Source: an uncultured Planctomycetaceae bacterium (GTDB lineage Bacteria > Planctomycetota > Phycisphaerae > SM23-33). Taken from it: a DNA stretch of 64,000 nt. The stretch is from positions 47,222 through 111,221 of the forward strand of contig CAYRVX010000006.1 of the NCBI GenBank assembly GCA_964427875.1, in the 5' to 3' direction. Within the stretch, counting starts at the first letter, position 1; each line of letters begins with the position of its first letter. A program made the translations under genes and the position numbers. This document shows positions 53,380 through 61,500 of the stretch, in pieces. The notes below the pieces were generated by a model. That model had not been told where the DNA came from, did no database searches, and saw only the letters and a program-made list of their open reading frames with translations.

Positions 53380-54978
53380 TCACTCGCCGCGTACGGACCA
53401 GTCCGGGTCGGTGCGGAACGGCACGGCGGGCAGGCCTTCCTTGTTGTAGAAGTTGCAGTGATCGGTGTTGGTGGTGAAGGCGTACCGCGCGGCGACGGGC
53501 TTGCTGACCTTGTCGCTGGAGACGACGATCGCCTTGCCGTCGATCCTCGCGTCGGCCCAGTACCACTTGCCGTCGGCGCCCTTGATCGAGAAGCCCTTCA
53601 GCGTGCCCCCGGCGACTTCCTGCGCGGGGGCCAGCCCCTCCTTCTTTCCCACCATCAGCCCACTGCCGGCGTGGTCGAAAGAGAGGACCATCCTGCCGCC
53701 GTCGACCTTGGAGCCGCTGTAGATCGGGCCGCTGTGGACGAGGTCCTTCCTGCCGTAGTCCTTGGCCAGCGCCCAAAGGGCCAGGCGATCGCCGACATCC
53801 TGCTTGTTCTTCGGGTGGATGTTCCGCCCGTCGCCTATATCGGTCAGCACGGCCATGCCGGTGTTGGGGATGGACAGGCAGGCGGCCTGGGCCTCGCGGA
53901 CGCGCGCCCAGCCGTCGCCGCCCTCGGGCTTGCTGTTGGGCTGCATGAAACTGGCGAGCTGGGCGAAGTAGAACGGAAAGTCGCCTTGACCCCAGAGCTT
54001 CCGCCAGCCGCCGATCAGGGCCCTCTTCTTCTCGTAGTAGCTCTTGCCTTCGCCGCCGTTGGACTCGCCCTGGTACCACAGCGCACCGCGCATGGCGAAC
54101 GGAATGAGCCCGTGGATCATGCCGTTGTAGAGCCCCGTCGGCGAGCCGGAGGAGTTCAGCGAGTGCTTGGGCATGCTCGGGGCCGGCGGGATCTCGCCGT
54201 TGTCGGCCAGGGCTTGTTTGGCCTTCGGCAGCCAGGCCTCCACGCGAGAGATCGCCTCGCCGACACCCTTGCGGTACCGCGCGGGGGCCTGATCGATCTG
54301 CTTGACGAACGACTGGAGCGACCCGACGGCCTGAAAGCCGCAGGGCGGCGTCCACGGCTCGATGCGCGTGCCGCCCCAGGAGGAGTGGATCAGCCCGACG
54401 GGCACGCCAAGCTCCTTGTGGATTCGCCGGCCGAAGAAGTACGCCACGGCCGAGAAGCCCCGCACGCTGGATGGGCTGCAGACCTGCCATCGCCCGGAGA
54501 CATCGTCGCGCGGCTGGCCGGCGGGCTTCTTGGCGACGGTGAACATGCGGACGGCGGGGTACTTCGCCTCCTTGCAGAACTTCCCGGACTCCAGGCAGCC
54601 GCCGACGCTCATCTCCATGTTGGACTGCCCCGACCCGAGCCAGACCTCGCCCACCAGAATGCTCTTGAGCTTCCGGGTCTTGCCGCTTCCGTCGGCGATG
54701 GTCATCTCGGCGGGCGTGTCGCTGGCCTCCATCGCGTCGAGCTTTGTCATCCACTTGCCGTCCGCGCCGGCCGTGGCGACCTTCTCCTGCCCCGCAAACT
54801 TCACGGTGACCTTCTCGCCCGCTTCCGCCCAGCCCCAGACGGGCACGGACACCCCGCGCTGAAGGACCATGTTGTCGCTGAACACACTGGGCAGCCTCGT
54901 CGCCGCCGGCGCCGCCGAGACGGCGACGGCCGTCAACGCCGCCGCGACCACGAACAACCTCGCCTTACTTGTTCTCAT
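53380..54978 (-). CDS. sialate O-acetylesterase-family (SASA/SGNH) esterase, secreted; paralog of 33643-35235
   Basis: Signal peptide. GEVWLGSGQSNM, IHSSWGGTR, MRGALWYQGESN. Confidence 0.85.
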   Translation of the reverse strand: MRTSKARLFVVAAALTAVAVSAAPAATRLPSVFSDNMVLQRGVSVPVWGWAEAGEKVTVKFAGQEKVATAGADGKWMTKLDAMEASDTPAEMTIADGSGKTRKLKSILVGEVWLGSGQSNMEMSVGGCLESGKFCKEAKYPAVRMFTVAKKPAGQPRDDVSGRWQVCSPSSVRGFSAVAYFFGRRIHKELGVPVGLIHSSWGGTRIEPWTPPCGFQAVGSLQSFVKQIDQAPARYRKGVGEAISRVEAWLPKAKQALADNGEIPPAPSMPKHSLNSSGSPTGLYNGMIHGLIPFAMRGALWYQGESNGGEGKSYYEKKRALIGGWRKLWGQGDFPFYFAQLASFMQPNSKPEGGDGWARVREAQAACLSIPNTGMAVLTDIGDGRNIHPKNKQDVGDRLALWALAKDYGRKDLVHSGPIYSGSKVDGGRMVLSFDHAGSGLMVGKKEGLAPAQEVAGGTLKGFSIKGADGKWYWADARIDGKAIVVSSDKVSKPVAARYAFTTNTDHCNFYNKEGLPAVPFRTDPDWSVRGE

Positions 54979-55087
54979 CCGTTCGTCTTTCCTATGCAAG
55001 TTGCCCACGACTGCTCCCGGCCGCACACGGCCGGGGAACGCCCATTGTGCCCTCAGCCGCCGGCGCATGCAACCCCCCGCTATTTCG

Positions 55088-55111
55088 CTATTTCGGGGAC
55101 AGATACCATAA
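55088..55111. repeat. left RAYT-flanking repeat
   Basis: CTATTTCGGGGACAGATACCATAA lies 1 nt beyond the RAYT stop. It is the inverted partner (22/24) of 55832-55858. Confidence 0.7.
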
Positions 55112-55112
55112 C

Positions 55113-55793
55113 TCACCTCTTCGCTCTTTTCCTTTGCTCCTTCTTCGGCTTCGGGCCGCGCTTGCGGGGGCGGAGGACGCGGCCGAGTAGCGATTCGAGG
55201 TGCTCAACGAATCCGGTCGAGCCGCACGGACGCCCCGTGCGCGTCTGCCGGCGGATCGCCTCGACGGCCGCCTCGTCCTCGTTCCGCAGGTACGCCGACC
55301 AGTCCGGCACCGGCCAGGGCATCTCGACCTGCGACAGCAGCGCGTCGCGGCGAAGCCCGCAGTGCGCCGCCGCGCTGGACCACGGCCAGTCCTCCGCACG
55401 TGCCACCAGGCCCGCTCGCAGCGGGTTGCGCTCGACGTATCGCACGGCCGACCACAGGTGGGCATCGTCCAGGATGCACGAAAAGAAGCGGCCCTGCCAC
55501 AGGTGGCCCGTCTCGTGCGTCTTGTCGTTGAACCACGATGCGTACGCCTGGTGGGTGTCGCGGAACGTTCGGCCGAGCGACTCGGCCTCATCGGGCACGG
55601 CCACGAAGTGCACGTGGTTGCCCATCAGGCAGTACGCCCAGATTCGCAGCCCGTACCGCCCGGCGTACCTGCCCAGCAGGAACAGGTACCGCCGGCGATC
55701 CTCATCGGCGAGAAAGACATCCGCCCGCCGGTTGCCGCGCTGCGTGACATGGTGCGGACAGCCCGGCACGACCACCCGTGCGATGCGAGGCAT
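55113..55793 (-). CDS. REP-associated tyrosine transposase (RAYT; IS200/IS605 Y1-transposase-like, COG1943)
   Basis: PGCPHHVTQRGNRR, AYCLMGNHVHFV (HUH motif), WQGRFFS, RYVERNPLRAGLV (catalytic Tyr region). Confidence 0.85.
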   Translation of the reverse strand: MPRIARVVVPGCPHHVTQRGNRRADVFLADEDRRRYLFLLGRYAGRYGLRIWAYCLMGNHVHFVAVPDEAESLGRTFRDTHQAYASWFNDKTHETGHLWQGRFFSCILDDAHLWSAVRYVERNPLRAGLVARAEDWPWSSAAAHCGLRRDALLSQVEMPWPVPDWSAYLRNEDEAAVEAIRRQTRTGRPCGSTGFVEHLESLLGRVLRPRKRGPKPKKEQRKRAKR

Positions 55794-55831
55794 GTCGCGA
55801 GCCTACGCCGTGCCGGCGTCCGGTGCAAGGG

Positions 55832-55858
55832 CTATTTTGGTATCTGTCCCCAAAATAG
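55832..55858. repeat. right RAYT-flanking repeat (itself a hairpin)
   Basis: CTATTTTGGTATCTGTCCCCAAAATAG. A 9-bp stem (CTATTTTGG/CCAAAATAG). It contains TGGTATCTGTCCCC, the exact reverse complement of 55095-55108. Confidence 0.7.
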
Positions 55859-55903
55859 GCTCGTAAGATCGCCGGGCCGGTACACCGGAACCGGGAGGTT
55901 CTA

Positions 55904-56826
55904 GGCTCTGTCTGAAAAGTCGATATTTAGCCGATATGTCGAATGGTAGCGACCCGTGTTGACAGATGAAAGGAGTCATCATGATTCGACATCGGCTGAC
56001 GGACGAACAATGGGAACTGATCGCGGACCTGTTTGCCCCACCCAAGCGGATGGGGCGACCGCCACGGGATCGACGAAAGATCATGGATGGCATTTTGTGG
56101 ATTCTGCGAACCGGTTCTCCCTGGCGAGACTTGCCGGAGGTTTTGGGCCCATGGCAGACGGCGTGGGACTTGTTCAATCGCTGGAATCGGGACGGAACGC
56201 TGGAGAGGATCCTCGAACGTCTGCGCCTGAAACAGCAACTCGATCCAGAGCTGTGGTGTATTGACGGAACGATTGTCCGCGCGGCGCGATGTGCGTCGGG
56301 CGGCGGGAAAAAAACGATCCGAACGAACCGGGCGACCATGCGCTCGGGCGTTCGCGCGGCGGTATAAGCACTAAAATTCACATTTTGTGCGATGCGCAAG
56401 GCCATCCGTTAGACGTGGTGGTGACGGCTGGGCAGGTCCATGAATCCACCGCCTTGGACACGTTGCTGGTCCAGGCGGACCGGGACTTGCTCGACGTCCA
56501 GGGCGATCCGGTTCCCTGGCCGGTCGCGTTGGCCGGCGACAAGGGCTATCGCGCCGATTGGATTGATGACTATCTGTTGGACTTGGAGATTCGTCCGGTG
56601 ATTCCCTCGAAGGAGAACGAGGATCGGGAGGGACGGCCGGTGGCGTTCGACCGAGAGCAATATCGTCGCCGAAACATTGTGGAACGATTGATCGGCTGGC
56701 TGAAGGAAAGCCGGCGCGTGTTCTCTCGCTTTGAGAAAACCGCCCTGAACTTCGTCGGGATGATAAAAATGGCGTTCATCGACCGATACCTGAGACTGGC
56801 AACAAAATGACTTTTCAGACAGAGCC
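55904..56826 (+). mobile_element. intact IS5-family insertion sequence (IS427-like group), 923 bp
   Basis: Terminal inverted repeats GGCTCTGTCTGAAAAGTC (55904-55921) and GACTTTTCAGACAGAGCC (56809-56826). TA flanks both ends (55902-55903 and 56827-56828), reconstituting a CTAG target. Confidence 0.85.
55981..56810 (+). CDS. IS5-family DDE transposase, produced from two frames by a -1 frameshift
   Basis: ORFA: MIRHRLTDEQWELI...PWRDLP (HTH). ORFB: ALGRSRGGISTKIH...DKGY...RNIVERLIGWLKESRRVFSRFEK. The frames are offset by -1 and overlap at the A7 slippery run 56308-56314 (GGG AAA AAA A). Confidence 0.85.
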
Positions 56827-57371
56827 TAGTCCTCCACATGAGCTTTGGTTCGAACACCATCGACTGTGATGTAGACGTCTGGTGGAGGCGTGACGGAAAC
56901 ATGCACGGTCTGCTTGCGCTCTTCGCCTTGGTAAACGTCCCAACTGAAATGCCAATCCCGCTTTGCGGCGTTCATGTTCATCACCATCAGCACCATGCGG
57001 AACGTTCCTTTGGCCCAGTCGGGCGGAAACACTACCGCCTCGCTTTCCTCCGGAGCAGTAAAGTTCCGTACCGACAGCCCACGGCGGGCATAGCCCGGGT
57101 AGCTCTTGGGGATCATGTCGACGATTATCTGTCCCTCGATATGCGGGATGTAACTGCCTACTTCTACGCCATGCAACTGCCCACCGCTTACAAACGGGCT
57201 GTAAGCCTCAATAACTGGCGGCTGCCAGCATCCACCAACCACCATGGCAATTCCGAGCATGCACACCATCAGAGGACCGGCTCTCTTCAGTGCGATGGCC
57301 AAGGCAAAACCAGCATCACAATGCCACTGAGACCAAAGTTCGTGCCCATTCGGCTCCATCATTGCGGACAT
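56826..57371 (-). CDS. hypothetical membrane/lipoprotein-like orphan protein in a lower-GC patch
   Basis: 181 aa. One hydrophobic segment (PLMVCMLGIAMVVGGC). Its stop codon TAG lies in the CTAG target of the IS. Confidence 0.45.
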   Translation of the reverse strand: MSAMMEPNGHELWSQWHCDAGFALAIALKRAGPLMVCMLGIAMVVGGCWQPPVIEAYSPFVSGGQLHGVEVGSYIPHIEGQIIVDMIPKSYPGYARRGLSVRNFTAPEESEAVVFPPDWAKGTFRMVLMVMNMNAAKRDWHFSWDVYQGEERKQTVHVSVTPPPDVYITVDGVRTKAHVED

Positions 57372-57426
57372 CCTTGCGGTCAGGGGGATGGGGTCAGGTC
57401 TTGATTAGTGATTAGTGGGCGCCGGC

Positions 57427-58404
57427 TCATGGTGTCGTTGGGTCGCACGATCGACCCGTCTTCATCGTCCGGTTGGTCTCGCGGCCGAAGCCGAGCAGCC
57501 TCAGGCGGTCGCAGTACGCTTCCATGATCCCGAATGAGTTGAAGTGCGTCTCCACGATGCCCTTCATGGTCAGGTAGTGGACGCCCTTTCTCGATGCGTA
57601 GCTGCCGGCGTGGCGGTGGCCGGCGAGCCAGGCGACGACGTTGGGATGCTTGTCGATGATCTCCAGCACCTGCACGTCATTGTAGAGGTTGTGGTTGTTG
57701 TCGGGGAAGACGGGCATGTGGCAGAAGAGGATGACCCGCTGTTTGGCCTTGGCGGCCGCAGCCAGCTTCCGCGCGAGCCAGGCGATCTGCTCGTCGCCGA
57801 GGCCGCCGTTGTAGTACGCCAGGTTGCGCCGCCTGCGTTTCCTCAGCTCGTCCATCATGGCCTTGGCCTGCTTGTGCTTCCCGGTGCCGGGCGCGTTGGC
57901 GTAGAGGCTGACGTCGGTGCCGTTGAGCACGACGAACCGCCAGCGGCCGACCGTGAAGTCATAGTGGCCCTTCTTCGTTCCGAGCTTGTCCAGGTGCAGC
58001 GCGCCGAGGACCTTCGGCTTGGCGGCCTCGCTCACGGAGAAATCGTGATTCCCCAGCACGTGGTAGTGCGGCATGGTGAGCTTCTCGTAGATGGGGCGGA
58101 CCACGTTGAAGCTGGCGAAGTCGCGGTCGATGAAGTCGCCGAGATGGATCGTGAAATCGAGCTTGTGGGTGTTCAGCTCCTTCACGCAGTCGGCGAGCTT
58201 TCCGGCCGAGGCGCGGTACTGCCGGTTCACCCACGGTCTGGCGTCGGCGTACTGCACGTCGGCGAGGACGCCGAAGGAAAGCTCGGGCTTCCCGCCGGCC
58301 TCCTCGGCGGCAAAGGCGCGCCCGTCGAGGCCGAGGCAGATCGCCCCGCCCGCGAGGCCGCCGAACAGCTCGCGTCGCGACAGCCCGACTCGACCGCGCC
58401 TCAT
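57427..58404 (-). CDS. Tat-exported calcineurin-like metallophosphoesterase
   Basis: SRRELFGGLAGG signal. DVQYAD, HLGDFID, GNHD, HMPVF, GHRH metal-ligand blocks. Confidence 0.8.
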   Translation of the reverse strand: MRRGRVGLSRRELFGGLAGGAICLGLDGRAFAAEEAGGKPELSFGVLADVQYADARPWVNRQYRASAGKLADCVKELNTHKLDFTIHLGDFIDRDFASFNVVRPIYEKLTMPHYHVLGNHDFSVSEAAKPKVLGALHLDKLGTKKGHYDFTVGRWRFVVLNGTDVSLYANAPGTGKHKQAKAMMDELRKRRRRNLAYYNGGLGDEQIAWLARKLAAAAKAKQRVILFCHMPVFPDNNHNLYNDVQVLEIIDKHPNVVAWLAGHRHAGSYASRKGVHYLTMKGIVETHFNSFGIMEAYCDRLRLLGFGRETNRTMKTGRSCDPTTP

Positions 58405-58513
58405 ATGCCCTCCCTGCGTGCTCTGGGACCTTGAGGACATTCACCCATGTTAGGTCCCGGCGTTCTCTTCGGCAAGCGATTCGCGCGAGGCGGCGGGCCT
58501 CCTCGCCGGTCGC

Positions 58514-61500
58514 TCAGCGCTTCGGCGGCTTGGCCTCGCGGACGGTCGAGCCGTGCTTCTCGCTGAGGATCAGCACGGCGAACTTGCCGACGCCGCCGAG
58601 CTGGCCCGTGTTCAGCGAGGTGTAATCGAACCGCCCGCGGAGGTCGGTGTAGCCGTCCTTGTAGAACTCGACCTGCCCGCGGCCCATCTGGGCGTAGACC
58701 TTCACGTAGGCCTTCGCCAGCGGCTTGCCGGTCTCGTCGTGCGCGACCCTGAGCTGGCCGTAGTTCTCCATCATCTGCACGACCAGCGAGTGCGAGTAGT
58801 ACGCCGCGGAGCGCGTCTTGCCGCCGGCGACGATCTCGACCATCACGTTGCGGTTGTGCAACTCGGCGGGCAGGTCGATCGTCAGCGTCTTCTTCTCGGC
58901 CGGGAGCTTCACCTCCTGCGTGCGGTTCGGCTGGATATACGCGAACTGCCCGCCGCGATCGGCCACGAACGGCTGCCGGGAGAACATCAGCTCGATGTCC
59001 ATCAGGTAGTAGTTCACCGTCGCGGCATCGAGGTTCTGGTAGTTCAGCGTGATCTTCTTCGCCTCGACGGTGAACTCGAAGGTCTTCTCGGTGGCGGCGA
59101 GGTCGGTCTGGACCTCGTCGCGGTCCTTCTTGTCGAGGACCTTCGGGGCCTTGCCGGCGATCTCGTCGAGCTGTGTCAGCACGGCGGCGAAGAGGTTCCG
59201 CCATCGCTCGACCGGATGGTCGGCGTACCTGGCGGCGATCTTGCCGGCCGCGCCGGGCTTGTCGTTGAAGAAGTCCAGGTACGCCGTGAAGTAGTCGTGC
59301 TGCAACCGCGTCGGCAGGTTGGCGGGGTTGACCCGCCGGAAGAGCCCGATCGCCTCCTCGACGCGGTCCTGGAGCAGCAGGTAGCACGTGACGGCCATCA
59401 GGTCCTCGTCCGCCAGGTCGTTGCGGTAGCGCAGGACGTTCATCAGCTCGTGGTACTGCCCGTGGAACCGCTGAACGAGGATCTTGCGCCTCGCGCCGAA
59501 GGCGTGTGCCCGGGCGTTGACCAGCGGCCAGTACTCGATGTGCTGGTAGGTCTTCCGCACCACGGGATCGATCGTCAGGAGGGGCGAATCGAGCGTCCTG
59601 CCGCACTGGCCGACGAACGATCCGCTGTGCTTGAGGTACTCGCGGACGGCGGGCGGGTCGTTGTGCTTGATGCCGTACGACCACAGCGTTTGGTTGTAGA
59701 CGTGCCGCCGCGCCAGCAGCTCGACGACGGCCTTGAAAAACGCCTTGTCCCTGGCGCGCCAGGCGATGAGGCCCAGGTCCAGGCGGTTGACGTTGTTGTC
59801 CCTCAGGTACGCCAGCACCTCGTCGCGCCCGCCGTTCTGCGAGACGAAGTCCCACGACGTCTTGTCCACCTTGGTGAGCTGGCTGACGACCTTGAGCGTC
59901 GCGGGCCTGGCGAAGGCGACCAGCTCGCCCCGCCGGGCCACGTGGACCGGGTAGTGGTCGAAGCCCCCGGCCGCGGGGAAGTAGAAGAAGCTGTCGAACG
60001 TCTGCGTGCGGTAGGGCTCCAGCACGATGTAGAACGTGCGGGTGTACTTGCCGGAACTGACGGGCACGGCCCCGCGGGGCACCTGCGTGAGCACCTGGAG
60101 CTTCCGCCGGGAGCTGGTGGGGTTCGTCACCACCACGTGGCAGCCGTAGACCTCGCCCAGCAGGAACTCGTCGGTCACGAAGTTATCGAGCTTCTCGCCG
60201 CCCACGTGGCGGTATCGGCTGCCGTGGCGATAGTAGTTCTGGCTGACGAGGATGGGCATGACCTTCGGCACGGCCCGGGTCTGGTTGATCTCCTCGTGGA
60301 AGACGACGGCCGCCTCGCCGGGCGTGATGGTCATCGAGTTGGCCTTGACGGCCGCCTTGTGCTTGGGCGCCTCGAAGGGCAGGTCCAGCACGGCCAGGGC
60401 GAACATCATCTCGGGGAAGCTGCGGGACGCCTCGGCGAAGTTCGTCGAGAAGAACTCGCCCTTACCGTCGAAGGCGGCGTAGTCGTGCCAGAAGGCGTTG
60501 ACGGTGATCAGAGAGGCGTTGGCCTGCTGGATGGGCAGGTGGTAGTAGTTGCTCTCGACCCACTCCTGGACCTGTCCGAGCATCCGGTAGAACTGGCGGG
60601 CCCGCCCGCGCGCGGTCTTCCTGGCGTCGTAGTACTTCTCCGCGCGGGTCGCGGGGACCAGGGGGGGGGCGGGCGCAGGGGCCGGCTTGGGCGGCGCCTT
60701 CGGCTTCGCCGCTGGCCTGGCACCCCTTGCCAGCGTCGCCAGACCCGTGCGCGCCTTGGCGCTTTCCGTTGCCCTCTCGGCCATCTCCCTGAGCTCCATG
60801 TCGGACAACACCGACCCCTTGTCCCGGTCCTCGCCCGGCCTCCTCCCGCCCAACTTGCCCCAGACCGGGCGCAGGCCGCTGAGCCCCAGCGCGGTGTCGA
60901 ACAGCCGGTTGTACCGGTCCACGTCGGGCGGGAGCAGGTCATGGAGGTCCTTGACGTGCCTGGCCGTGTGCGGCCGCTCGGCCGCCAGGCGCCGGCCCAG
61001 CAGGATGCGCTCGACGATATTGAGCTGCGCGTGCCGCCACGGCTTGAGGTACTCGCCGAGGTCCTCTCCGCACAGCCAGTGATCCAGGAACGTCTTGTCC
61101 TTCTTGTTCTTCAGGTACGGCAGGACGACCCGGCGGAAGAACTGCGGGTCCTTCCTGTAGAGGAAGAAGTGCAGCTCGTGGCAGGCGTACTTGGAGTACT
61201 TGGCCCGCTTTTCCTCGTCCTTGAGCTTCGGCCACTGGAGAACGAAGGCGAACTCGCGCAGGTTGGCGTTGCGGCTGAGCGTCGTGTACAGGCGGTAGAC
61301 CTTCGCGAGGCTGTCGAACGTCTCGAAGCGCGTGGTGGTCACGTCGCGGAGGACGAACGGTTTGCCCTTGGGCGCGACGGTGATCTTCTTCTGCTGGGTG
61401 TAGTGCTTCTTCGGGTCCAGTGCCGCCGTGTCGTCCAGGCGGAGGTCGCGAAGCGCCGCTTTGGCCTCCGGCAGCGTCAACTCACGAACGGCCGTGTTCT

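Noticed and set aside
56826-56829. Idea that the IS5 insertion truncated the ORF at 56826-57371.
   Set aside because: Reconstructing the empty site (…TTC TA GTCC…) shows that the TAG stop pre-existed within the CTAG target, so the ORF length is unchanged.
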